DNA from: Rhynchobatus australiae
Lineage: Eukaryota
DNA: 64,000 bases
NCBI GenBank assembly: GCA_034780895.1
Contig: JAUZTB010000118.1
Location: 54,926,034-54,990,033 of the forward strand
Direction of reading: 5' to 3'
Within the stretch, counting starts at the first letter, position 1. Each line of letters opens with the position of its first letter. This document shows positions 53,105 to 64,000 of this stretch, piece by piece. The notes under the pieces were generated by a model, which saw only the letters and a program-made list of their open reading frames with translations, was not told the origin of the DNA and searched no databases. Both the position numbers and the translations under genes were made by a program.

Positions 53105-54109
53105 CTGCAAAACAAAACAGCAAAATTACTCCTTTCCCACCTATTATCATTGAAGACAGATTTGAACTCTATTCTCACTAGAAATACATTTGTTTTGTAT
53201 TTATGACATTGGATGGCATCACATATCATCAATTAAAATCCTGAAGATACTGAAACTTGCTATTCATTGTTCCTGTTGTTTGTGCACCATGAAAAGCTTT
53301 CAGCTTTACCCAGTGAAACTATACCTGGTAATGTCACACCCCATCTTAATTGTAAAGCAGCCCTTGGGACCAAGTGTTCCAGGTTTTGTGCGCATTTCAA
53401 TAAGAGTCAAAATTCAGTGTATGACCCACAACTCCAAACTAAATGCACTAGGAAGAGGTATGACCTAATGGCCACCTGCATTAAAATAGAGATCGTAAAT
53501 TGGGAGCTGGGAAAGAGGAATTTGACAGAACAAATTGTAATTGAACTCTCTTCCACTTGTGAAATCTCCCTTGGCTGCTTATCAGGTTTTATCTTCTGCT
53601 TCTCCAGTGCAGTCATCCTTCCAGATTACAAACCTTGGACCACCAGCCATTTAAATTCAACCAGTTACAGTCAGTATTTGCATTTCAAGGGCAGTGGTTG
53701 CTACTCTGATTGCTGATTTTCCATCCATACCACAACATTTTCCAAATGACCATTGTGAAACCTAATTTGTATAACAGTCAAAAATATCACAATTAGCTTC
53801 TGTAAATGGAAGGAAAAACATTTCAGGTCAAAGATTTTAGCCTCAACCATCCTCCCGGGCTTATTTTTAATCTTTCATTTTTTCCCCTCTTTCACTAGAC
53901 TATGTCTGATGGGCAGCCTCATTAAATATATTTGTACTGCAACATGTTTTCATGTCCATACAATTTTGTGCAATATATATCATGAAGAACTGATATATGA
54001 ATCAGACAGATTGCTCAAGGATGGAGTAGTTGCTTACTTTCCAGTAACCATAACATTACACTCCAATGCATCTTTCAATTTGTTCTCACATCGATTAATT
54101 TTTTTTTAC

Positions 54110-54161
54110 CTCTTCTTTCTGAATGACATTAATTCTAGTTTTTACATAAGGGAATGCATGT
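54110..54161 (-). CDS. DOCK8: DOCK8 coding exon, only the 3' end visible (...HAFPYVKTRINVIQKEE); the remainder lies in N-gap 54162-54440
   Basis: Donor GAG|gtaaaa; peptide matches DOCK8 HAFPYIKTRISVIQKEE. The missing AYIQITFVEPYFD...TT portion would fit inside the 279-N gap. Confidence 0.92.
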
Positions 54162-54699
54162 NNNNNNNNNNNNNNNNNNNNNNNNNNNNNNNNNNNNNNN
54201 NNNNNNNNNNNNNNNNNNNNNNNNNNNNNNNNNNNNNNNNNNNNNNNNNNNNNNNNNNNNNNNNNNNNNNNNNNNNNNNNNNNNNNNNNNNNNNNNNNNN
54301 NNNNNNNNNNNNNNNNNNNNNNNNNNNNNNNNNNNNNNNNNNNNNNNNNNNNNNNNNNNNNNNNNNNNNNNNNNNNNNNNNNNNNNNNNNNNNNNNNNNN
54401 NNNNNNNNNNNNNNNNNNNNNNNNNNNNNNNNNNNNNNNNTCTCTCTCTCACTCACTCCACCTCCCCACCCTCCCCCTCTCTCTCCTTGCTGAAGTGTGA
54501 AAACCTGTGTCCAAAACAGCAGGATTGGGCATTGGATCCCAGGCAAGTGCCAAGAATGCTCCCAAACAAGAATGTCCCTATGGACACTACCCAAAACATT
54601 TTTACTCTGCTTTATATAAAAAATATAGTTTGCCCTTCAGAGACTATTTGTTAAAGTTCTGCTAAGTTGGTCTCTCACTTGCAAGATGTTATAATACTT

Positions 54700-55030
54700 T
54701 TTTCATTGGTCATTCATAGGAAGTGCTGGCTGGTCCATCCCTAATTGCCCCAAAACAATAGCTTGTTTGACCATCTTAGCGGGCAGTTCTGAGCCAATCA
54801 CATTGGTGGGTCCAGAGTCAATTATACAGCAGGCACAGTAGATATAGTGGCTTAGTGATCCAGATGGGTTTTATGTCCAATAGTTTCAAGGTTCCTATTG
54901 CTGATGTTACTGTTTTATTCCAAGTTTGTTTAATTCTTGAATTTGAATTCTCCAACTGCTCTTTTGGTCTCCAGATTATTAGTCCAGGCATCTAGATACC
55001 AGTCCAGAAATTTAACCACTATTCAATTAT
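54700..55030 (-). mobile_element. Degenerate elasmobranch SINE
   Basis: 'ccatccctaattgccc...gggcagttctgagccaatcacattgg...ttagtgatccagatgggtttt'; a related copy lies at ~38345-38545. Confidence 0.6.
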
Positions 55031-55179
55031 GCCTATTAATGCCGTGCCTATTAATGTTACTGTTATGCAGGATGCAACATTCAGAAAGGAATATAGGACA
55101 AAATGACTTTTTTGAAGATTTTAAAATAAAAATGCAAACATTCATGAGGAGTAGATCCTCACTGTAATTTTCAACTGAC

Positions 55180-55269
55180 CTTGTTAGGATCCAGCTTTGC
55201 CTTTTCCACAGGACTGGAGTCTTTAATTACTTCCACCTTACCTTCACCAAAACATTGGCCGTAAAATGC
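55180..55269 (-). CDS. DOCK8: DOCK8 coding exon (90 bp; [30 protein letters not shown])
   Basis: Translated by hand. Acceptor ccaaacag|GCA, donor AAG|gtcagt; matches AFYGQCFG...VEVIKDSTPVDKTKLDPNK. Confidence 0.95.
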
Positions 55270-56939
55270 CTGTTTGGAAAATAATATAGGATTCCTGGTT
55301 TCAAATGAGCTTGTGAAGCAGATAGACTTTTCAAAATGGACACAGTTTGGTTAGTTGCTAAGCAGATTTTAAAGGCTGATCAGATTTTTGAAGTATATTA
55401 AAACCTTTGGTTAAGATGCACTTCCATTGCTTTTCAGTATCATGTGCAGGGACTGCACTTTGGCTGGGAGACTTTGGGAAGTCAAGGCTGGAAAAATGTT
55501 GAAATGCAATTTTCCGAAAGAAATATAATGTGATAGAAAATATAACAGAGACAGGATAGCTCAAAATTATCTGCTTTTGTGTTTAACATTTTATGATTTT
55601 ACTTTTAAAACAGTCCAATGAAAATAGACAATGGCAATTGCAAAGGAAGAGAGAAGGCAGGACCAAACAGTTAGAACCCATGCATTAATGTCAATTCATG
55701 GTACCAAGAGGAACACTCCCTTGCAAAATATTACAAACCCATGCAGCATTGGCACACCCCAGAAAACAAAATCACCAAACTTACTCAGCTACCACAATTC
55801 TATCCTTTGTATCAGTGGATGGGGTAAACTTTGGAGAAGACTAGCACCTAGCTATCTCCCAGAAAAGGAAAAGAAAGAGGTCAGGGTGATATGACAGATT
55901 AATTTTTAAACAGACAATCCCAAATGTCCCTCAAAGGCAGATTCTCCTATGCTAAGAAACACTATTTCATTTCTCTAGAGTACAGCCACGGCAGGTGCAA
56001 ATGCATTAAAATACATACAGAAATGATTCCATGCATAATTTAAGCTGAAGAAGTGTGCAAGACATTCAATTTTTTAAGAAAAATTGTTTACAAAGGGATA
56101 AAAGAATGGGCAAAAGTTTGGCAGATGGAGTATAACGTAGGGATGTGTGAGATTATCCATTCTGGTACTAATATAGTTGGCACATAGGTAATTGCATCTC
56201 TATTGTAAAGGAGATTTGAGTACAACAGTAAGGAAATCTTGCTTTGACCATCAAGTCAACATCAAAAGAAAACTTTGAAAGTTGCACATGATTAAATTCT
56301 GACCTGACAAACCTGCCTGCATATGGGAAAAATAGTCTATATGGCAATATAAGGCATAAAAGGCTACAAGCTAAGTGCTGGTAAATGGGATTAGTAAAAT
56401 GGGTTCTTGATGATTGGCATGGACACAGTGGGCTGAAGGGCTTGTTTCTGTGCTGCATGACTTTTATTCCATGAACGTAGCCAAGCTGCTCCCGAGAGCA
56501 GGAGCTGGGAATCATGGGAAAATTAGCTAAGCTGACCTTGGACTAGTGTGGGATCCAAATTCGCAAAACTGGCTGGGCCCGGCATTCAATCTGAACTCAC
56601 AGGTTAATGATACCATGGCAAAAATAGGTTCTACCGACCACATACATGTCCATTGATAAGGGACTGAAGCCATTTGGTGTGCCTTGGAAGTACAAAGTGT
56701 CTGGGTAAAACGCACTTAAAGAGATATTGGTCAAAGTGCCTAGAAAATGTAGGAGCAACAAACCGTACGATATTGTTGTGAGCACATCTGTAGTAGTATA
56801 TGCACTTTTTGTCTTAGTAAAGGAGAGGNNNNNNNNNNNNNNNNNNNNNNNNNNNNNNNNNNNNNNNNNNNNNNNNNNNNNNNNNNNNNNNNNNNNNNNN
56901 NNNNNNNNNNNNNNNNNNNNNNNNNNNNGGTATACCTTC

Positions 56940-57418
56940 ACTGAAGATTATTTGGAGAAGGTTCATGAGCTTGATGGCTGGGAGGAAGGCACTGCTATAT
57001 GAGGAAAGGCTGAGGCTATTCTCATGGGAGTTGAGAAGAATGAGAGGTGATGTTAAAATGTACTAGATTCTGGTGGTGCTTGACAGGGTAGATGCTGGAC
57101 GGGGGGGGGGCAAAATCTAGAATTAGGAGGCATAATTTATATATCAAGGATTTGAGATGGATTTCAGGAGAAATTTCACTTCTCAAGGCTGTGATTCTTT
57201 GGAATTCTCTGTCCCAGAGAGATGTGGAAACCAAAACTTTAAATGCACACAAGGCTAAGACACACAGGTTTTTTGGATTATAGGTGAGTCAAATGTTATG
57301 ATGAATATACAGAATGGCGTTGAGGCCAAGATCAGGCCAAGGTGTTAATGAATGGCAGAGTAAGCTCAAAGGCCGTACGACCTACTCCTACTCCTGCTAC
57401 TGCTTCTCATGTTCTTAA
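56940..57418 (+). mobile_element. Old CR1 3' fragment
   Basis: 'gagaagaatgagaggtgat...ctttggaattctctgtcccagaga...gaatggcagagtaagctcaaaggccgtacgacctactcct'. Confidence 0.82.
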
Positions 57419-57419
57419 T

Positions 57420-57640
57420 ATCCAACAGACAGTAATAAAATTATGATCAGAAAACCTATTTTAAGATGAGGATAAACAAAAACCATGATACTGCAGAGGA
57501 AAACTCCCCTGTCCTTTCTTGAAACATGCTAAGAACCTCAATTCAATGCTTCACCTAAAAGACAGCACCTCTGATTGTGAAGCACTCCCTCGGCAATGTG
57601 CAGGAGTATCAGCTGTATCAATTTATGTGCTCACAGTTGC
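57420..57640 (-). mobile_element. Deu-SINE central domain remnant
   Basis: 'aactcccctgtcctttcttgaaa...cctaaaagacagcacctctgattgtgaagcactccctc...atgtgctca'. Confidence 0.68.
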
Positions 57641-57775
57641 AGTAATTGCTGGATTTTAGGTTACTAATGAAAACACCTCTGAGGTTTGTGGTGTTTTCCA
57701 GATGCCAATTTTAATGGCAGTTAAAACAGCTGACCAATGTCGGCACCTGAATAGATCAATGATAGATTTGTTTAC

Positions 57776-57910
57776 CTCCAGTCGATGAGAAATTTCTGGC
57801 AGCTTTGTGATGGCAGGTTCCTTGTAAATAAATTCCTGTTCATCCAAATCCCCAAACTTAGCTCCGTAAAATGCAACACGGAAATACGTACCAAACATTC
57901 GTTTAGAACC
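57776..57910 (-). CDS. DOCK8: DOCK8 coding exon (135 bp; [45 protein letters not shown])
   Basis: Acceptor cttacaag|GGT, donor GAG|gtaaac; near-identical to the DOCK8 DHR-2 lobe B sequence. Confidence 0.96.
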
Positions 57911-58423
57911 CTTGTAAGATAAAAACATGTTTAATGTAGATATCCACAAGTGAGCTGTTAAAACATTGCTGCACCAGGCATGAGAGGTTTAGTACAGGAA
58001 CCCTTTACAGTCCTATTTATAATGATGGGCATACTAACATAAGGCCACCTTGTAACATGATCGTTAATAGGAGTATTTTGATTATGCAATACATTAGAAA
58101 GTGTTGCCATGGTAAAAAAAAGAGAAAAGATTTGGATTAATCAAATTCATGAAAAGGACAAAGTGTTTATTCTTATGTATGGTGTTTGTGTAAAGGGGAT
58201 TTTGTGTTAGATGGAAGTACAATAATTAATTGACTGATTATTGCTAGAAATGTTATTTTGTGTGTGCATGCGCACATCCAAGAGAGGGACCTTGAGGAGC
58301 ATGTGCCGCTAACAACTCTGATTTTATATATGCAGTACTACTCTCTCTACTCATTGAATAGACAATATTGAAGTAAATGCTACAAATGTAGGAAATTATG
58401 TTGACAGCAGAATGATAACTTAC

Positions 58424-58555
58424 CTTTGTTGTAATGCTTTCAAATGCTTTTTTCAGCTTCTCATGTATATAAGCCAGTTTGTTCACATCTCTATGGGCTT
58501 CTTGGATTGGTATGACAACTTTGTAAACTTCGTTCACAGTTTCAAACATGTAAGC
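58424..58555 (-). CDS. DOCK8: DOCK8 coding exon (132 bp; [44 protein letters not shown])
   Basis: Acceptor ttcttcag|GCT, donor AAG|gtaagt; matches DOCK8 [18 protein letters not shown]. Confidence 0.95.
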
Positions 58556-59718
58556 CTGAAGAAAGCAAGATTATATTATCAAAATAGTGATGTAACATAA
58601 TAATTAATTGTTTTAATTAATTAATCCTTTATTATCAGATATTTCCTTCTTACATTTTGTAAATTATTAAAGTGTCTTAGTTCCATAGACCAATTATTCA
58701 TTTGGCCAAATTCCTTCCAAATTGCACCTTTCTTAAAGTTTTGTCTTCTGTGCAGGAACNNNNNNNNNNNNNNNNNNNNNNNNNNNNNNNNNNNNNNNNN
58801 NNNNNNNNNNNNNNNNNNNNNNNNNNNNNNNNNNNNNNNNNNNNNNNNNNNNNNNNNNNNNNNNNNNNNNNNNNNNNNNNNNNNNNNNNNNNNNNNNNNN
58901 NNNNNNNNNNNNNNNNNNNNNNNNNNNNNNNNNNNNNNNNNNNNNNNNNNNNNNNNNNNNNNNNNNNNNNNNNNNNNNNNNNNNNNNNNNNNNNNNNNNN
59001 NNNNNNNNNNNNNNNNNNNNNNNNNNNNNNNNNNNNNNNNNNNNNNNNNNNNNNNNNNNNNNNNNAGTCATTTGTTGCCCTCCAACTTCTGTTAAAACTT
59101 GCAGTGGGTTTGAGGTGAATTTGGGTTGGCATGAGAATTTAAAAATTTTAGCATCCAACCTGATCCAAACATATGTAGTCTTTGGACATTAAAATTCCCT
59201 ACTTTGTAGGACTTCACTGGACTAATCAATGTCCTTTTGAAAATAATCTCTTAATTTCCAACACAAAAGCACCAATTTTAAGTTACCGGTGGCCATATTG
59301 TTTGAAAACCTTGGCAAGATGAAGTTGAGGGTTTCTTTTGATTCATACATGGATTGTGGCATCATTTGCAAGATCACCATGTAATGCTCTTGCTGATTGT
59401 GAATGTGATGATGATCTGTATCCGTAAAGCACTATAGTGGAGAATCACAAGTACTTCCTTGTGGTAAAGACACATCTGAACAGTGGTGACAAGTAGGGAG
59501 TCCAGGATTTTCCCTGGGGATGAGGAGGTCTAATCTTTTCTGAGTGCAACCTGCTTAAGCCAAGGACAGAAGCTGCTGTGTGCCATTCCTTTAGGTCTCC
59601 TTATCACGTGCTGAGGTGGTATTGCTGACAGAGGTCACATTACCTGCCTAACTCATGCCACATGGTGAAGGAGAACCTGAAGAATAGAAAGGTAAGTAAA
59701 TGCCAGAAATACACCTAC

Positions 59719-59862
59719 TGTGTTGAAGAGTTCAGCAGCTTGTTCAAGTAAACCCACAAGACCATTTTCACTGAAGTATCTTCCACTGCAGATCCCATCC
59801 TCATTAGGGGACAAAATGTCATCAGAAACAGCAGATTCTTCTAGCACATTGGGTGATATATT
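59719..59862 (-). CDS. DOCK8: DOCK8 coding exon (144 bp; [48 protein letters not shown])
   Basis: Acceptor tttccag|AAT, donor ACA|gtaggt; preceded by a 97-bp intron; lies in ORF 59653..59973. Confidence 0.96.
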
Positions 59863-59959
59863 CTGGAAACCAGGACAGACAAATGAAATAAGTTTATCGA
59901 TGCTTATTATGCACAGTGATACCGAAGTGGCTAGAAGGATGTTAAGTGAACGTACATAC

Positions 59960-60152
59960 CTGAAAACTAACACAGCCTACTGGAAGGTACTTCTGATCCT
60001 CCAACATGCTGAGGTACTCTGCTACAAGTGCTGCCGCATGGACTAAGCACATGCCAGCCTCCGTGAAGCACTGGCGCTTTGTGTGCTTTTCAGCCATGTT
60101 TTGAAGCCAGGTCAGCCGTAGGTCGGGTGAAGTTTGATATCCCTTAGCTAGT
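59960..60152 (-). CDS. DOCK8: DOCK8 coding exon (193 bp; [64 protein letters not shown]), start of DHR-2
   Basis: Translated by hand (not in the ORF track). Acceptor tatttcag|A, donor CAG|gtatgt; classic DHR-2 [16 protein letters not shown] motif. Confidence 0.96.
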
Positions 60153-61542
60153 CTGAAATATTTTATAAAACAAGGGATGGACCAAAATTAAATAGTAATA
60201 TTAATATTAATATCTAATATTTGTTCTTCACTGACTGAACCAAGACTGGCAAACTTGCTCTTTTTGAGATATCGGACAGACAGTCTCAGAGAAATCTTCA
60301 ATATGCACTTTAAAGGGGAGTTGAGTGTATCGGTGAAATGGACCTCAATGATGATTTCATTAGGACTCACCAGCACCCACTCTCTAACCCATCTCTTGTC
60401 TTTTCAAATGTTGAGCATGCCTGATTTATTCCTTTACCGATAAGTCAATGATTTTCAGTCTAGGCTGGTTGGAATTTGTTAAGATTTAAATGTAATTATA
60501 AATAAAAACTTCCCTTTGGATGCCTTGTTAAATCAATCAGAAACCTTTTCTCATTATTTTTCATGGCATTTGGAAATCACCAGAAATCTGAAAGCTTATT
60601 TGGAGAAGCCCATTTAGTTCCTTCACTACTAAACAATTTTTCAACAGACAATGTTAATAGATGCCATGGTGGTTTATGGCTTTTCCAAGAATATTAACTT
60701 CAATTTTGTGATGAAAAGCACAGTGATGGTATTTGCCAATGACCTTGCAAAAACATTGCCCAGAAAGATCTCAGTAGTGTGAATTTTACCTTTCCTGTTT
60801 CGGTTGCTGTTAGGTGTCAGTTCAGTGGGATCTCCAGCATTCAAAAGCAATGATGTCATCAAGCAAGCTGAGCAGCCAATCACAGTAAAGAATTCTCACA
60901 GACTGCAGAGCGGGATGTTCATTGCTTCCAGTTGTAAATTCTGAACTGTAGAAGGCGATTTTGCAACCTTGAGCTAGTGCAGCTGGTGCAAGACTGGCTA
61001 AGAGCCTGACCAGCCGCAGTTTTCAGGGTCAACTCATTTGAATAGTTAACACAAACTCTCAGCACAGCTTTGGCCTTGTGCTAAAAGGTTAAAAAGCTGG
61101 AGGATAAGGAAAATCTGTCTATGCGCTCAAACATAATTGGCATTTACCTAATTTGTAGGCAAATGGTGGAGTCTGTTTAAATACTATTTTTGCCTTTATG
61201 ATAATAAAGAGGCAAGATCCTGTTCAATGACTGCTGGAGTGGATATAAGGAAAGCTAAGATGTGTGGTTGCTGCACCAACTTCCTTAGAGGACAGTGGTG
61301 CACCATGCCTGTCAGAAACAGTGGGCATGTTCAATTGTCTGTGCAAGAGCAAATACTCACAGGACAGACAGCACATTTCGGGAGAGAAACACAGTTCATN
61401 NNNNNNNNNNNNNNNNNNNNNNNNNNNNNNNNNNNNNNNNNNNNNNNNNNNNNNNNNNNNNNNNNNNNNNNNNNNNNNNNNNNNNNNNNNNNNNNNNNNN
61501 NNNNNNNNNNNNNNNNNNNNNNNNNNNNNNNNNNNNNNNNNG

Positions 61543-61761
<219 letters not shown>

Positions 61762-63622
61762 TCATCAACACAATATGACAATGTTTGCATGGTCTTTCCT
61801 AATTATATTCTGTAGATATAGAATATCATTTAAAAAAATTCTCTCACCAATTTTCTCCTTGCCTCTTTGCTACAGGCACGTCTTACCTCTGCTCACATAT
61901 TAACTTCTACACTGAGTGATAGCAAACTATATGAAACAGCAACTCAGTTCAGAGCTCAGCTGAAACCCATACCCATGCACAGCAATCCTGATGATCAAGA
62001 GTCCGAATCCTGACTGGTTTACCCTCTACCCTGGGACACTGATGTCAATCTTGGCTGTGAGCAATCAAACTGGGTCACCACTTGGTCCATATGATGCAGG
62101 CACATGCCAGATAAATTTAATGGATATTGATTTTATTTGAAATTATTGACTGCAAAGGCAGATCCAAGCCCCTGCCCTGCCACCAGTGAAACTAGGTTGG
62201 AGCTCTCAATGTACACTGTGGCACTGCAATAGTTTGATTACATTCATGCTGTGTTATTTAGCATAAATACAAAAGATTAGAAAATGTCTCAGTACACTTC
62301 TTGAATGTGCCTTGCAACCAGGAGAGCAACCCCTGTCAAAACCATAGGCTAGTGGGAACATGTGAATTCAGCTGGATGAGATGCCTGCAAGGCTTAAATA
62401 GCTGGAAAGTTCAGCAAACACAACAGTTGCTGGAGGATGGCTGAGATTTATCACCAGAAAGAGTGAAATGATGGTCCTGCGACCTGCTTTGTTAGAAGAC
62501 CAAATGCAACGTTANNNNNNNNNNNNNNNNNNNNNNNNNNNNNNNNNNNNNNNNNNNNNNNNNNNNNNNNNNNNNNNNNNNNNNNNNNNNNNNNNNNNNN
62601 NNNNNNNNNNNNNNNNNNNNNNNNNNNNNNNNNNNNNNNNNNNNNNNNNNNNNNNNNNNNNNNNNNNNNNNNNNNNNNNNNNNNNNNNNNNNNNNNNAGT
62701 TCCTCCAGCATCATAGTGTTTTTCATCTAGACTCCAGCATCTGCAGTCCTTTGTTTCTCAAACCTAACATACATTTGCTTCAACTTTGTTGGTCCGACCC
62801 TCCAATAGTGGACTCCATAAACTTGTATGGGTAGCTTGGTAAACTTGTATAAAGCTACTGTTTGTATTCTGGGCTAACATTGGTAAACTTTTACCCAGAT
62901 CTCATCCTTTCTTACATCCCTGGCCTCCTATGTGACTGGTAGAGGTTCCATGCCTTAGAACGCTCACAGCACATAATCTGGTATCAGAAGGGATCCAGAT
63001 TTGCAGCCTGAATATTACTTCCCTATTGATAATGGTGTACTGGATTCTTTGCATGATTCTATTGTTTTGCACTCGCCACTGTATTTATTGTTGTACTTAT
63101 TACTACCATCTATACTATTTACACTGTGAATTTCACGTGAGCAAGGAATTTCATTTCATCTTGGCATATATAATAATAAACTAATCTGAAATCTAAAAGA
63201 CTTATTTATAGATTAAATTTTCTTTATTTTGGGATGAGAAGGATGCTAAACCTGCCAGCTCTCGATCTGTGGGAACAGCACTGCTGGATGGAATTACAAA
63301 GAAAATTTGCTGGATTTGTTAAGACAAATAGAAACTTGCACATCAAGTATCAACAAACCTGCAAAGCTACTGAACTTGGTATAAAAATAGTTGAGAGAAT
63401 TCTTGGAGGTCATTTTACATACAAACAAGACTCCATCAAACCTTTGGATATATATCTCTGTATAGACAAGGGGTAACATTTATGAAGGTTATTGGTACTT
63501 GAAACCTGCTGGAGGCATGTGGAACTAAACAAAGTTACACACATTACAAAAATGTACAAAGTCTAATTATTTCAATATTTCAAGTTGGCACTCACTGTAT
63601 ACTTATTGCAAGGACACCCTAC

Positions 63623-63781
63623 CTGGAAAGGAAATATTGTTGGCTGCATTTCCTCATCTTCCTCTGCATAAGCCAAAACAGTTCGCAAAGATCGCCTCAA
63701 GTATTCTTCGTTAAAATCAGAGGATTTACCAACCAGAGACGCTAAAGACATGGTGACCTGCATTTTAACCCTGGCAAAATT
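63623..63781 (-). CDS. DOCK8: DOCK8 coding exon (159 bp; [53 protein letters not shown])
   Basis: Acceptor ttacag|AAT and donor CAG|gtaggg seen; peptide closely matches recalled human DOCK8 ([38 protein letters not shown]...). The gene continues beyond the right edge. Confidence 0.96.
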
Positions 63782-64000
63782 CTGTAAGCATAAAATACCA
63801 AGTTTGTGTATTAGCAACACTTCCACACACTCATTTTCAATTATTTTGGTAATAGACTGTGAAAATTACACTATGTACAAGTGATATAATTCAAGATTCC
63901 TAACAAATTATTATTATGTTTTGTGTATTGAGCTAGTAAGCTTTTGTATTTATTTTGACATTACAAGGAAACCATGCAATTGGATCAACTGATAAATTAG

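Overview
Eukaryotic, intron-rich, AT-rich vertebrate DNA from a gappy draft assembly (about 23 N-runs, five of exactly 100 N). The repeat content (HER1/CR1-type LINE 3' ends, HE1/V-type and Deu-type SINEs, Rex1/Babar, Penelope, L2) points to a cartilaginous fish, probably a batoid (inference from recalled repeat sequences). The right third (47258-63781, minus strand) holds the last 12 coding exons of DOCK8 (the DHR-2 GEF domain through the stop codon), with splice sites I could place and reading phases that join; one exon is mostly hidden in an N-gap. About 12 kb downstream of DOCK8 is a CpG-enriched promoter with a ZNF143/THAP11-type motif and a non-coding first exon on the minus strand. By conserved DOCK8-KANK1 synteny this is most likely the KANK1 5' end, which would make bases 1-34.7 kb KANK1 intron; no KANK1 coding sequence is visible. 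The most unusual observations are two foreign gene fragments: (i) an intact, isolated exon of a QRFP-receptor (GPR103)-like GPCR at 16353-16585, and (ii) a TRIM B-box exon end with its splice donor at 35641-35733. Each lies just downstream of a co-oriented CR1 3' end and is followed by a second co-oriented CR1 tail, and the TRIM unit appears to split an old Deu-SINE. This suggests CR1-mediated capture of host gene fragments, but misassembly is not excluded. No prokaryotic-type systems, CRISPR arrays, rRNA or intact tRNA genes were seen. Repeat boundaries are approximate and family names come from eye-matching, not searches.
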